A stretch of 56,517 nucleotides of DNA, counting the filler, from Squatina squatina (Eukaryota): NCBI GenBank assembly GCA_031763465.1. It is 3 parts of 3 records of this genome, joined end to end, with 100 filler letters (N's around TTAATTAATTAA, not from the genome) between each part and the next. Parts side by side here need not be neighbours in the genome. Positions count along the whole stretch, not along the records: positions 1 to 22,062 come from JARFOE010000235.1; positions 22,163 to 36,156 come from JARFOE010000016.1; 1 more part is not named here. The stretch is one strand, 5' to 3'. Every line of letters starts with the position of its first letter. Position 1 is the stretch's first letter. This document shows, piece by piece, positions 12,029 through 26,153 of the stretch. The notes under the pieces were generated by a model. That model had not been told where the DNA came from, made no database searches, and saw nothing but the letters and a program-made list of their open reading frames with translations. The translations under genes and the position numbers were made by a program.

Positions 12029-15000
12029 CTATGAGAGAAATATATATGAAGTACACAGACTATCAATGGAACACCTTTCTTCTCTCAAATTCATTTTCTA
12101 TACACAACATTTTGAGAATGGTTTATACGGAAATACACCCCGTCATTAAGTGAAATCATATCCTTGAATATAATTAGGATAATTAAAAACACACAGTAAT
12201 GTAAAATTCACTCTTCTTGCCTAATCCTTTGAAAACACACATAAAATGGTGGTTTTGTTCACGTTTAGAACTTATTTTGATTTGACAAAATCTATGATAC
12301 AATGCAGAATTCCTTCATTAAATATTTTGAGTTTTACTGCTAACTGCGAAATGTCGCTTACAACAATCATTTTACTATAACAGGAGTCATGATGGTGGAC
12401 GTTTACAGATAACAATTAAAAAAAACTGTCACATGTGTGAAATCTAGCTGCCTTTCATACGCATGTACAAACCAATTTTGGTGCATACCAATATTAATTT
12501 AATTTACTTTAATGGAAGGGTTTTTCACAAAATTAGAGATCACTGACATTTTGCTTATTATAAGTTTAACATTTTGGTTAATTATTGTAATTTAAAACTA
12601 AATGAATACAGAAAATAATGTTAATTCTATGGAGTTTTGGACGGAAAAAATAAAAATTGATTTGCNNNNNNNNNNNNNNNNNNNNNNNNNNNNNNNNNNN
12701 NNNNNNNNNNNNNNNNNNNNNNNNNNNNNNNNNNNNNNNNNNNNNNNNNNNNNNNNNNNNNNNNNNNNNNNNNNNNNNNNNNNNNNNNNNNNNNNNNNNN
12801 NNNNNNNNNNNNNNNNNNNNNNNNNNNNNNNNNNNNNNNNNNNNNNNNNNNNNNNNNNNNNNNNNNNNNNNNNNNNNNNNNNNNNNNNNNNNNNNNNNNN
12901 NNNNNNNNNNNNNNNNNNNNNNNNNNNNNNNNNNNNNNNNNNNNNNNNNNNNNNNNNNNNNNNNNNNNNNNNNNNNNNNNNNNNNNNNNNNNNNNNNNNN
13001 NNNNNNNNNNNNNNNNNNNNNNNNNNNNNNNNNNNNNNNNNNNNNNNNNNNNNNNNNNNNNNNNNNNNNNNNNNNNNNNNNNNNNNNNNNNNNNNNNNNN
13101 NNNNNNNNNNNNNNNNNNNNNNNNNNNNNNNNNNNNNNNNNNNNNNNNNNNNNNNNNNNNNNNNNNNNNNNNNNNNNNNNNNNNNNNNNNNNNNNNNNNN
13201 NNNNNNNNNNNNNNNNNNNNNNNNNNNNNNNNNNNNNNNNNNNNNNNNNNNNNNNNNNNNNNNNNNNNNNNNNNNNNNNNNNNNNNNNNNNNNNNNNNNN
13301 NNNNNNNNNNNNNNNNNNNNNNNNNNNNNNNNNNNNNNNNNNNNNNNNNNNNNNNNNNNNNNNNNNNNNNNNNNNNNNNNNNNNNNNNNNNNNNNNNNNN
13401 NNNNNNNNNNNNNNNNNNNNNNNNNNNNNNNNNNNNNNNNNNNNNNNNNNNNNNNNNNNNNNNNNNNNNNNNNNNNNNNNNNNNNNNNNNNNNNNNNNNN
13501 NNNNNNNNNNNNNNNNNNNNNNNNNNNNNNNNNNNNNNNNNNNNNNNNNNNNNNNNNNNNNNNNNNNNNNNNNNNNNNNNNNNNNNNNNNNNNNNNNNNN
13601 NNNNNNNNNNAGGATTTGGGCATCGTTGGCAAGGCCGACATTTATCGCCCATTCCTAGTTGCCCTGAAAGGTTGGTGGTGGACCTTCTTGAACTGTTGCA
13701 GTCCGTATGGTGGTGTCGTTCCAATGATGGATTTCGGTAGGGAATTCCAGGATATTGGTGGAGCAACGGTGAAGGAATAGTGAGCGACTTGGAGGGAAAC
13801 ATTCTCCAAGACCGGGAGCTCTTGATGTGGGGAATTCCAGAAGGAATGTGGGCAATCGACATCTCTCCACTCCACTGTACTCGGAGAGCAAACGGGCTTC
13901 ATCACTTCATTGGTAAAATTTTTAAAAATCTAACATTTGTTAATAAGAGCTACCCATCTGCAGATGCATAATTTTTTTAAAATAGCAACTGCATGCTATT
14001 TTCATGCTCTCATCATTTATCCTCCTGGACTCTCTGCATAAGGTTACCAAATGCAAGCCAATCAGTGCTGCAGATATATTTCTTCTGTGCATCATTAACT
14101 TCTCTTAAACAGCAACATTTCACACCTCTGTGACATTCTGTGAAATATAGTAAACACATAGTACAGAAGCAACTGAACAGAATATTTTGCATCATTGTTA
14201 GGTAACTAGGAGAACCCATTATGGATAAAAAATAAAAGGTTTCAATTCCACAGTACATGACAAAGAATAAGAAGAAACAGTTCTGAAGTATTATGCACTC
14301 CAGCTAGATTTAAGTGGGAGCAGTACTGGTCTATGTATTTTTGAAAGCATTTCGTAGGCATATTAAAATACTTCTTTGAACTGAGGCCACTTCATTGGTA
14401 TATTAAAACACTTTCTTCAAACCTTTTCTTTTTCAGAATTAAGATCAAAGGTAGTGAAAGAATGAGCACAATGCAAAGCATTGCACCTTTATGGAATGAG
14501 CTATTTAATATTACAAAAAGCTGTAATGTATGCATTAACTATGCTCAATAGCAGCTAATATAAAATGGGTAACAATTTTGTATTCAAGTGTATGCGGTTG
14601 CTCTGTTGCTGGCAGCTTACTGGGTGCAAATGGAAAAGGCTCGGTACTGCATACTACAAACATCACTGTATTCAACGAAGGGTTCTCGCTACAGCCGCTT
14701 TTATACTGGCAATTGCTGAGGTCAGATTCTGGGAGATTAGCATCAATGAACCAGCTCCTGGTGATTACACTACTACCATGTAAAAAAGTCTACCATCCTG
14801 CATCTAGGCGAAGTAGTGTAAACGGCAGCAACCAGCTCATCGATGCTGCTCCCAGATTTTAAACTAAACAAGCACCACGATAAAAGCAGCTTACATCTGG
14901 AAGTACTACAGTTCAAATTTAACATTCATCTTTTCCCCAGCTTCTTCTCTCCATTTTCGTCCCTGTATTGTGGTACTTAAACTTAAGACTATACTTTCTA

Positions 15001-15929
15001 ATTTGAAGAAATAGCTCAATCTAAACACACACATGCATTTAATTAATTATGCTTTGGTTTTATGTACTCAGTCAAAAAGAGGGAAACAGAATTACTTATT
15101 TATTGAAAAAATTGTACTGGTGGTATACAATCTGTTTTTTGTTCTGGTAACAGTTTTAAAGTAGGCCTGCAGGCTCAATTCAAGAAATTCTAAGTTGGAA
15201 ATTACATTTTTATATAATTTAAAGAGAGAGTTTTAAATAAACAGGACATAAATTAATTTCTGCACAGTATACATATAGAAACTGCATTCCATTTTTAAAG
15301 CTGAAAAGGGCATTTAGTGTTTCAAGTACTGCATGGCCGGAGATGACAACAAAAATACTGAGTACTGGATTATTCCTACAAGCTGCAATGTTGGCGTGAT
15401 AGAGTCTCATCACCCCCCAAACAGAGATGACGACAATGATTTAAAACAGTGGTTTTTGAACTTATGGCGGAACCACTGCAAATATTGGCACACTCATGGG
15501 AGCCCCCGTACTAACTGCTGAAAGATATTTTCAGCTACCCAAAGGAAAAAAAAGTGCTATTGTTGCAGAAAACATATTTATTCATATATCCGTCCGTCCA
15601 TTGTGTTCTGCCCTAGGGAAGATGCTAACTCAAGTCTCACACGAGATTCTTGCAGTTTTTATCTTTGGATTGTCCCCTCCCAGGTGGGCTACAACCAAGG
15701 CTAATGAGTTCAAGCTGCTCTTTACAATGGGGGTGGGGCAATCCGCACCCATCAAATGCAAGTACTTCAATCTAGTTTTCAGAGCCGCCGCTCTGGTTTC
15801 CGCTCGCTGAGGTTGCTGGAGTGGGGCCCACACCTCACCATTCTGACTCCGGCAGGAGCACTACTGCTGAGCCAGTGGTCACTCTGTCTGGACACGAGCA
15901 CCCGGCTGGATGTCAATTCTGTATTTAGA

Positions 15930-16015
15930 AACCATATTCTAGTCTTCAATCACTGGGGCTGTCTGGAGTGGGGCTCGAACCTTCACCTTCTGACTCAGAG
16001 GCAGAAATGCTAACA
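15930..16015 (-). mobile_element. tRNA-derived SINE head
   Basis: Minus strand GCCTCTGAGTCAGAAGGTGAAGGTTCGAGCCCCACTCCAG with B-box GGTTCGAGCCC. Confidence 0.6.
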
Positions 16016-16261
16016 TTAAAACAAAGACTCAGGAATGGGAATAATGTAAGCCAACGATTACAGAAAAAAATATAGAATATAAAAATCTCGTGACACCTGG
16101 TGTGTCTGGCCCAGAATGACAGAAATCTGATGACTTTTCAGATCCCTTAGGATCCCTTCGTGGACCCTAGTTTGAAAATTTATGAATTAAGGACCTCAAC
16201 AATAACATACTAGGCCTGGCAAAGTAACTTTTAGGATACAATTTTTAACGGTACAACTTAC

Positions 16262-16380
16262 ACTTGGCTGTTGCAGAGTATCCACCAAGTGGTGAGGGAT
16301 GTCCTTCTACAGCATCAAAGCCAGCAGACACCAGCACAACATCAGGAGAAAACTCATTGGCTATGGGCATCACAACAGTC
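16262..16380 (-). CDS. HDAC5: HDAC5 exon
   Basis: tttttag|...|gtaag, 119 nt, [39 protein letters not shown](C); includes the SAGFD Zn ligand. Confidence 0.9.
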
Positions 16381-19295
16381 CTAAAAAATAATACATCAAA
16401 TTGCATAATATCCAACTGCAGATAAACCTATCTGCTTCATATTCACAGGCTCTTCGTGGCTGTAGCTGCAGTAGCCGTAGGAAGCACTACTTAGTCTCTA
16501 GAGTTTTCACTCTTAATAGTTAAAAGGAAAATTCTGCACCCTTTTCAAATTTACCTCACTGGAACAGAGTTTACTTACTTTTCATTTTAAGTACAAACAG
16601 ATTGTATTGGGTAGGTTTAATTTTTAATAGTTTTCAATTTCAGCCCATACAGATTTACAAAAGGGACACTGTCTCTTTAATGCCATTCAGGAAGCAGTTT
16701 GCTAAAACATAAGTATGAGTTCATGCCCATGAAATGGTTGAACAGTNNNNNNNNNNTAACACATGCCCATATGGTGTAAACTTTAGCCCAACAGCATTTT
16801 ATCATCAATTGTGTTGGCACCATGGCATATAGAAAGCACATGCAATTCTCAGAGTTGTGTGCCAAAGGTAGTTTTTTCTTCAGTATGTCTGAATATCAGT
16901 TTTAAAGCAAATTTTTTTATACTTGAAGTTTTCCATCCAAGAGTTAATTCAAGTGGTATAACCTAAAGAACACAACATTCTAAACACATTATGCAGCATA
17001 GTATAGTACCAAACTGTCCAGGAAGATCCCAGGTTCAATCCTTGATCTCTACCAAGTTAGTTGATCTAAACTGTGGCAATGGTGAAGACACTAAAATTTG
17101 CCTCAATGTTTTCAAGCTTGGGTGGGGGGGCAAGAAAGTGCAAGGGTATTCTGTTCGGCCTCCAGCTTCCAATTGCTGTCCAATGACCTCTGCTTTAAAT
17201 TGCGCATATGTAGCTGTCCAGTAAGGACAGGATCCACCTCAGTTGTAATAACCCCCATGGTCAAATAGGCCTACACATGAAGGATTGTCACTGGACAAGA
17301 TACTCGTGAGCTGCCAGACACACAGAACTAAACCACCTTCAGGAAAAGAGGGAATAAAACCCATCTATTCTGCTGTTGGTTTTCAATCGATAAGAAGCTC
17401 TCATAGAAGTCATGAATATGTTTCAATAGAGGAAATGAGCACCTATGCAGTTATAACTATCCTTTCTCTTTAGGAAGCACCAAATGCATGACCCCAAACA
17501 CAGCGGAAGCCCATCCTGCTCAGCTAGCTCCAGGTGCCTACCACCCAAGGACAGCAGAATCTTGGTCACTTCTGGTCAACAAAACTGAAGTTCTGATGAC
17601 AAACACAAGGTCCTTATACAGGCAGTATTTTTTTTTTAAAAGCATATAAAGGATGATATGATCTGATTAACTGAAAGCTGTCAACATATTTAGGTTTATG
17701 AAACAGCTATCCTGCATAATTACTATTTTTATATATGCTCAAAGTATTACTATATAGTAGTTATAAAAACTGGCTAAAGCTCTGTAATTTGTGCAGTAAT
17801 GTTGGTGATTGTTGGTTTCCACGGTCTATGCGTTGCCACTGTGCAATGGAGCGCTGTGGTGGGGTGAGATTTTGCTCGTACTTGGCTCCGTTTCTGCTAT
17901 AAGCTTTCATCAATAATTACTGCCAACTTTCACCATTCCTTGGCCACGAATTTTGAAAATCAGCTTTTGAATGATTGTTTTAGTACTTCAGATTACTACC
18001 TGAGTTGCTAATTGAAGAGTTTGTAGAAGTAACAGATAAACGTAGGAACTGTTGAGTTTATGAGGCATCGTAAGCTGTGGATGCACGGGATTGTGCAGCT
18101 ACCACATGTTGCAGGTTTATGAGCTTTGATTAAATGATGGTTTCACAAAAGCATGTGTGTAAAGTGAGGTGGAATTGTNNNNNNNNNNNNNNNNNNNNNN
18201 NNNNNNNNNNNNNNNNNNNNNNNNNNNNNNNNNNNNNNNNNNNNNNNNNNNNNNNNNNNNNNNNNNNNNNNNNNNNNNATCATCCTTACTATTATTAAAG
18301 ACCTTGTTATAAGTGCAGTAACGCTTGCACCTTTTTTTTGTTTGCAAACAAGCAAACAGCAGACATATGGCCTTTAAAGTCAGTAAAAGTCAGCTGAACT
18401 TCAATGATTGAAAACAGCACCGGGATAATTTTCTAACATCAAACAATGATGGCCTCAAAGACAGCAGCTGGAACTACACAAGTGTAAGAACAAACCTAAG
18501 TCTACAAAATTTGTGATATGCTGGGTATGCAAAAAGGAAAAAGGGCAGCCTTCTGGATTTCATTATATTCAATTATCTGATCCAACTCCAGCCTGACCCT
18601 GTAGCATGCAAGCAAGGAAATTTGGCTTCTAGTCTGTTTAGTGTTATCCTGCCTGAGGCTCTTGACCATTTCCTGGAAGCCCCCCTTTCCCAAATGTTAG
18701 TTCCTTTGAATAAAATGTTTTCCTGAATTCTATAGACTTTTTTTTTTGCATGCGCTTTATTAGATTCTTTTCTAGGATCAACTGATTTAAGAAGTATCTT
18801 TGGATAGTTCTTGTGAGCATGAACTAGATTGGTACATGTCTAAATACGCAACTTGTATAATTAACAATCCCAGCCCAGCTACTCCAGTTAAAATTGTNNN
18901 NNNNNNNNNNNNNNNNNNNNNNNNNNNNNNNNNNNNNNNNNNNNNNNNNNNNNNNNNNNNNNNNNNNNNNNNNNNNNNNNNNNNNNNNNNNNNNNNNNNN
19001 NNNNNNNNNNNNNNNNNNNNNNNNNNNNNNNNNNNNNNNNNNNNNNNNNNNNNNNNNNNNNNNNNNNNNNNNNNNNNNNNNNNNNNNNNNNNNNNNNNNN
19101 NNNNNNNNNNNNNNNNNNNNNNNNNNNNNNNNNNNNNNNNNNNNNNNNNGGAAGACATGTAGGTGGTGAGAGGGTGCGTGGGTGCGGAGAGAAATGCAAC
19201 CATGTCAGGTGTATGCTATTATTGAGGAAAAACATTTTCTAATTTTGCGACCAGAAACTATTTTCAGACAATAACTTCATACAATGAAAGCTCAC

Positions 19296-19393
19296 CTGAA
19301 AGCTGTCAAGTACTCCACATCTCCATTAGAGGGATCCACACCACCTGTCCAAGCAATATTGACATTGAATCCTACTCCAGGTCCCGTTCCAAC
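19296..19393 (-). CDS. HDAC5: HDAC5 exon
   Basis: ctttaag|...|gtgag, 98 nt, [32 protein letters not shown](R); phase fits neighbouring exons. Confidence 0.9.
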
Positions 19394-20858
19394 CTTAAAG
19401 TAATTAAACAAAGGAAGATGTCTGTAAACAAACCTTTAAAAAGAAATCATAACTAACAGATGCAATATTTTTTTTAAATGTAAAATCTTGCTCACCAAGT
19501 CTGATTACTCTTACAGCCCAAGGAAGATTTGGATATGAGTGATGGTTAAACATTATAGCCTAGCCGACTTATTGCCTTAGGCCCAACACTATGCCTAACA
19601 AACTGAAATACAAAATCGATCCATTGACAAGCCGGTTGCTTTTTTCTGGTGAATGCTTTTATTACCCAATATATCTGCAAATGCCCCTCATTCAGATGCA
19701 ATAGAGAGACGAGCCTGATCTATTTTGGCAAGTTGTCCTTCAAAGGGAAATCATGAATTAAATTTATGATGTGGAAGAAATCTTGGGCTACAAAGGAATA
19801 GCTGTATTTGGATAGAGTCAGATGTAATGATCTTCCTCCCAAAACAAGTTTTGTTCCCTAGTGAGGAATTCCAAGACATCCACGATATCTTNNNNNNNNN
19901 NNNNNNNNNNNNNNNNNNNNNNNNNNNNNNNNNNNNNNNNNNNNNNNNNNNNNNNNNNNNNNNNNNNNNNNNNNNNNNNNNNNNNNNNNNNNNNNNNNNN
20001 NNNNNNNNNNNNNNNNNNNNNNNNNNNNNNNNNNNNNNNNNNNNNNNNNNNNNNNNNNNNNNNNNNNNNNNNNNNNNNNNNNNNNNNNNNNNNNNNNNNN
20101 NNNNNNNNNNNNNNNNNNNNNNNNNNNNNNNNNNNNNNNNNNNNNNNNNNNNNNNNNNNNNNNNNNNNNNNNNNNNNNNNNNNNNNNNNNNNNNNNNNNN
20201 NNNNNNNNNNNNNNNNNNNNNNNNNNNNNNNNNNTGAAGGGTAGATGCACTGTGTGACTCTGGCAGCTGCCCTTCACGTACACTACTGATCTGTATGGAG
20301 AAGGGATGCAGAGTTAGGTCCATTGGCATCACCACACAGGTATTCAATTCTGTGCCCCTGCTCCAAGATCTGAAATTAGTTTAAGTGAAGCGCACCTCAA
20401 AATTTCAGCTATCCATGTGTCACAATGCTATATTTTACAAAATTCAAAGTATACAGCTCTTAATAGATACATTAACATAACACCACAGCATCACAACCTT
20501 TAAACAACTAATATTCTGTAACAAAAGCAAAGGCAACTTTGGAATTGTAAAAAAAGAAAATGCTGTTCTGCAAGCTATAATTTAAATTAGTGCTTGCATA
20601 TTTACTAATTAATATTATGAAGACTTTACAGCATCTTGGACTAGGAGTTCTTAAAAAAAAAAGTTACTATTTTCAATTTATTCAAAGAATAATTTGAATT
20701 ATAAATAGGACGAGTTCCTTGCACATTTCTCAAACCATGTTACTTGAGAACATAAAAGCAATAGTGAGCTACATAAACTGAGTTTGTTGGTCAGATGACA
20801 GAAGTGTGTTTTGAATGCTTCAAAGGAAACATTATATTTAAAGGGTTAATAAGCATCA

Positions 20859-21005
<147 letters not shown>

Positions 21006-21297
21006 CTACAAGTAATAGAAACAAACATATCAATNNNNNNNNNNNNNNNNNNNNNNNNNNNNNNNNNNNNNNNNNNNNNNNNNNNNNNNNNNNNNNNNNN
21101 NNNNNNNNNNNNNNNNNNNNNNNNNNNNNNNNNNACCTCACATATAACTGTGCAAATATGGGCAATTTTAAGTATTAAGTAGTAAAATGCTTTGCTGCTG
21201 TCTGTTTCCCTACTTGTGATTATGTTAACATTCCAACCTGTCCCTATTAAAAATAAGTTTGGTTACATAGTCGGTTGCGGCTGAGACTTAACTCATG

Positions 21298-21455
21298 AGG
21301 GTTAACATTTTCATCTCGCTACCCGGAGCGTCAAACTAGCGTTGGGATTGACCGCCAGTTCGAGAAATGGCCCGCTTTTCCTCACCTTTGAAATCGATAG
21401 ATTGTGAACCTATCACCAGTTTTACGCCCTCCTTGGCGACAAGTTGAAAGCCGAA
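21298..21455. mobile_element. Degenerate MITE-like inverted repeat
   Basis: Left TTTCATCTCGCTACCCGGAGCGTCAAACTAG vs reverse complement of right TTTCAACTTGTCGCCAAGGAGGGCGTAAAACTGG; CpG-rich relative to flanks. Confidence 0.45.
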
Positions 21456-22062
21456 TCCACTGAACTATTGCGAAAGATATTTGGGATCCCAGTTTAATAT
21501 TCATGGTGCTGTGCTAGTTTAGGCAACAAGGTGGAATGGATGAGTATTTGGAAGAAAATGATTTAACTTAACTGTTTTACAGCAAACCCCGCTGCCATTA
21601 TTGAAGACACATTATTCAAATTCCAGATTTATTACTTTAACTACTTTAAAAGTTTTATTCATGGCTTGGCAGATATTTAAGTGTCAAAGCCTTGAGGCTT
21701 TGAAAGCCTCATGCAATGGGTTCACTGTTTGCAACCCAGATGTCCTACAGATTCATCACAATTTTTCAGCTGACGAAACACTGCAAGTGATGTGGTTTAA
21801 AATCAAAAGAATCTCAATTTTATATGTTTGAAGCTACATCATTAGCAATTGCCTTTGTAAAATAGCGGTTACTCCTGGAAAACAATGCTTAATCTAAAAT
21901 TGCTGAAGATTGTTCATAGTTATCCGTTGTTTATTTTCCTCAAAGGCAGTTACCTCCACTCCATTGCTGTCTAGTTGTTTCTGGACAATGCAACAGAATC
22001 TACAATGTATGCCCTGTGTTAACTTTGGAGGTTGGCTTTGGATCACGTTATGCTGGTGAGTG

Positions 22063-22162
22063 NNNNNNNNNNNNNNNNNNNNNNNNNNNNNNNNNNNNNN
22101 NNNNNNTTAATTAATTAANNNNNNNNNNNNNNNNNNNNNNNNNNNNNNNNNNNNNNNNNNNN
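22063..22162. other. Artificial scaffold-joining linker
   Basis: 44 N + TTAATTAATTAA (22107-22118, stops in all six frames) + 44 N = 100 bp. Confidence 0.95.
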
Positions 22163-22211
22163 AATTCCCTGAAAGTTCGTTTCTAATTCCCATTCCTTGT
22201 CATCTCTGCAG

Positions 22212-22271
22212 AGACTGGCCAAGGCTGCGGAGCAGTTTCAGAAGGAGCATCGTTGGCAAGATGATATTAAG
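22212..22271 (+). CDS. CACNA2D2: Calcium channel alpha2delta-2 exon
   Basis: ctctgcag|...|gtatg, 60 nt, RLAKAAEQFQKEHRWQDDIK (cf. human [20 protein letters not shown], recalled). Confidence 0.9.
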
Positions 22272-23056
22272 GTATGACCGTTTCAGTTTTACTCGGTTCC
22301 TATGGGGATCTCGATTCCCTCGTTTACTTTAAGGGTTTGTCACTTCACGCCCCGACGGGTTTACCCGCAATGGGAGTATTTGCCTTGCACGTTGGTTGGA
22401 TGCAGTTACAGAGCAGCTTTATTCAGTATTACAAGGAACTAGGGACAAACATGCTGCAACAGATTTACGGCAGAGAATGAAATGTGTCATTTGTTTTGAG
22501 TGCTTGTTGGTATTTGCCAATGTTTTCTGGCATTTCTCACTGTTTCCCGGTGATTGCTGGTGTTTGTTGATTGGATTTGTCGTCTTAAGGTTCGATTGTT
22601 TTCTTTCTGCGAGGCTAATGGTCATCGTGCAGTTTTCTGCACAGAATTTGGGAGCAGTGAACATTCTTTTTTGTAGAAAATTGAAAGTTGATGCTGGGTT
22701 TAACAGTCAAAGCTGCAGCAGCATTCCTGTATTACCATCACAAACGCAATGTACTTCCAATAATTAACTGATAACAAAGGTTATTCTGAATGATCGCAGT
22801 TGCTGTACTTTGCTATCACTCTCTAATTTAGATTCAGCACACGAGAGGCTGAGAATGGAATCTAATCTCTTTTAGGGACCAACATTAAAATTACAAGCCC
22901 GACAATTTTCAGTTTTGAACTGTGTCAGCCCTTCATGGTGATTCCCAAACTTCAAANNNNNNNNNNNNNNNNNNNNNNNNNNNNNNNNNNNNNNNNNNNN
23001 NNNNNNNNNNNNNNNNNNNNNNNNNNNNNNNNNNNNNNNNNNNNNNNNNNNNNNNN

Positions 23057-23230
23057 AGCCTGTTCATCCTTTCCTGATATGTATACCCTCGCATTTCTGG
23101 TATCATCCTTGTAAATCTTGTCTGCACCCTCTCCAGGCCCTCTATATCCTTTTTATAATATGGCGACCAGAATTGCACACATTACGCCAAATGTGATCCA
23201 ACCAAGATTCAATACAGGTTTAGCATAACA
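23057..23230 (-). mobile_element. CR1 LINE fragment
   Basis: QFWSPYYKKDIEGLERVQTRFTRMIPEMRGYTYQERMNR. Confidence 0.88.
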
Positions 23231-24529
23231 TAATTACTGTCCGGTTTTGAGAACAATTTAGAGCTGCTCGACTCCAATCTATTTTCCATCGATGCTTCTC
23301 ATTCACTGCCACTTGCCAGGTCCAACTCTTGAGTGTTGAGGGGGCGAAAGTTATTTGTAGAATTTGAATTAAATAAAAATGTGAGGCCAACTGGATATCT
23401 GTGTCTTCGAGATTGTGAGCCATCTCAGGCAGAGTGACTTCACGTTTGTCTGTGTGAAATCTTTTTGTCGCAGTTCACTGCGACCAATGACAATATTTCT
23501 GCCACTGTCACAGTCCAGCCCTGGCAAAAACACCTGATGATCACAGGCTTTCAGTTGTGCTTTGTTTAAATAAGCAATTACAGCAGAATCGATTCTATTT
23601 CTCTTCAAATTAAACCAGTGACACCAAAGCACAGAATTGTGAACCACTCACACATAACAAATTCCTCTTGTCAGTATGCTGTGAATGTGATAATGTTTGC
23701 ACAGAGTGATGTAAAGGAGAGTATGGCCCGTGTGGACACGCAACATTATAAACCTGTCTCAGTGGATTTAATTCATCTGCACTGGTCACTCAGGCATGCT
23801 ATGAGCACAGTAGTTACCAGGCCGACAGGCTGTGGGTTAGGTCCTTTGAGACAGGCACGTCACTTTCACTCAGGTTGCTTCTTATCACAGACCATTGGAG
23901 CCCAGCCTGAATTACAGAACCACCAATCGTTTTCCATAATCTGCTTGTTCTTGCCTTATCTCTGCTTTTCAGGAAATGAGACAAACAGAGGGTATTCTTT
24001 CAGCAGGTCATTGGCACCAGTTTCACAAGGCTCGCGGCTGGTATTCTGTGTACCCACGATCAGCACACCATGGCCATTTAATGTGTGAGATACGGAAGGA
24101 TTTGGTTGGCCGGCGCTTCTGTGCTTACGCTTGTATCTGGATTTACTCCATCTGCTTATCTGCACCCCCAGATAATGGAGGTTTTAAACCAGTAAAGGTT
24201 CCTTCCTCTGGCTGATTGCACCTTTTTTTTATTCATTCATGGGATGCGTCGACAGCAAGGCCAGCATTTATTGCCCATCCCTAATTGCCCTTGAGAAGAT
24301 GGTGGTGAGCCGCCTTCTTGNNNNNNNNNNNNNNNNNNNNNNNNNNNNNNNNNNNNNNNNNNNNNNNNNNNNNNNNNNNNNNNNNNNNNNNNNNNNNNNN
24401 NNNNNNNNNNNNNNNNNNNNGAGGTGTAAGCAGTGTTTAAAGCTAATCTCAGTTGAACAGGAAGTCAAGATTGGGATTGAGTGTGTGTCAGGGCATGGGA
24501 TGGAGTAGTGTTTGTGGTGGGGGTGAAGA

Positions 24530-24980
24530 TGACTGCTTTAGTCTTTGTGATATTGAATTTGAAGCAGGAGCGGTGCTGGAGAGATTGAGCTGGGTGTCAT
24601 CAGTGTACATGTGCAAGCTGACTCTTTCACAGCAGATGATGTCACCAAGTGACAGCATAAAAATAAGAGAGGCCACGAGTAGATCCTCGGGGGATCCTGA
24701 AGATAGCGATACAGGGGAGGGACTGAAGATGGGCTCACTGTATTCAGATCAGTAGGAATGGAATCGTGAGAGGGCAGTCTCACCGAGCTGGATGACAGGA
24801 GAGTTCTGCAAGGAGGATGGCATAATCAGCCGTATTGAACACTGTGGAAAGGCTGAGAGCAGGGAGGCATAATGCACCCTGTCACCGTCCCAGAAGTTGC
24901 CATTTGTGAGTTTGGCTAAGGTTGTTTTAATGCAGTGAGAGGAGCAGAAGCTGGACTGGATGGATTCAAAGTGGTAATGC
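24530..24980 (-). mobile_element. L2-clade LINE RT fragment
   Basis: LIFMLSLGDII..VSLHMYTDDTQLNLS (YADDTQLY motif); SIQSSF..H..KTTLAKLTN. Confidence 0.8.
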
Positions 24981-25437
24981 ACTAAGTAAGCTGAGTGACA
25001 ACAGTGTGATTTTTAATTCACGTTCTTATTGGCTTGGATTCACTGAATCACAGAAATATGGTGCAGAGTGTAGCCGTTTAACACAGTTGGCCTATGCCAG
25101 TTCTGGCTCTTCAACTTGAGTTTCTAACCTAATTGCATGAGAGTTGCTTGCACAGTGGAGCATTATAACTGTTTTGACTGTTCAGCTTTGACCCCATTAC
25201 TCATGGCAGTGATGGTATGTTGGGGATAACGCTGAGCGCTGGTGTTGTAAATCTTGTTAGAATGCTCCAGTCCAAGCATGGCATCACAGAAGAAGCTATA
25301 AACTGTGTCAAAACTAAGACCCTTCTGCCCTCTGCTACAAACAGATGATCCTGCCCTACAGGAGTAAATCCTGTCCAAGAGTTTCCAATCTCCATGTTTC
25401 CTCGCATTTCTCACTCTGTCTTCTCTGTTTGTGATAG

Positions 25438-25579
25438 GGTGGTGATCGAGACGATGAAAGCTCAGACGGGGAACAGACTAATCCTTTACAGTTAGAGTTT
25501 GTGGATGATCCAAACTTCAAGGTCAAGGTCAACTATTCCTACATGGCAGTGCAGATCCCAACAGACATCTACAAAGGCT
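25438..25579 (+). CDS. CACNA2D2: CACNA2D2 exon (VWA_N region)
   Basis: gatag|...|gtgag, 142 nt, [47 protein letters not shown]. Confidence 0.9.
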
Positions 25580-26021
25580 GTGAGTATTACACAGAATATA
25601 CNNNNNNNNNNNNNNNNNNNNNNNNNNNNNNNNNNNNNNNNNNNNNNNNNNNNNNNNNNNNNNNNNNNNNNNNNNNNNNNNNNNNNNNNNNNNNNNNNNN
25701 NGATTCCATGAAAGCGACCTGGGCATCATGTTGTGTAGTAGTCTGGGAGCTATGCACTCTGATCCGAAACGATGTTCAGAGATTTCCCTCTATGCTGCAA
25801 ATACAATATGTTCCATATAATAGAGACATTTATTTGGCAACAATACTTGTGTTTGAATGTTATGATTGTTTTATTGAGTCCGAAATGCTGTTTTTGGAAA
25901 GGATGCCCTTCATTCTTTCGATGGTTAAGGGAGGAAGTAAGCGCTTTGCTCAATCCACATGTCATTGTTTCTCATTTTCTTTCAGCTGTTTCAGCACATC
26001 CAATGTCTTTTTTAATTTCAG

Positions 26022-26153
26022 CAACCGTTATCCTTAATGAGCTGAACTGGACAGCAGCACTGGAGGACGTGTTCAAGCGTAACCGAGAAGAGGACGCCTC
26101 ACTGCTCTGGCAGGTCTTTGGAAGCGCCACAGGTGTCACCAGATATTATCCAG
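26022..26153 (+). CDS. CACNA2D2: CACNA2D2 exon
   Basis: tttcag|...|gtatg, 132 nt, (S)[43 protein letters not shown](A). Confidence 0.93.

Noticed and set aside
4867-13862. Long ORFs in the supplied track (e.g. 5745-6692, 12602-13780, 12627-13862)
   Set aside because: They consist almost entirely of X from N gaps and are artefacts.
14565-14862. Overlapping 72-94 aa ORFs in an HDAC5 intron
   Set aside because: No motif, splice signals or homology recognised.
22107-22118. TTAATTAATTAA as a piggyBac target or homeobox site
   Set aside because: Centred in exactly 44+44 Ns and repeated at 36201; a synthetic linker.
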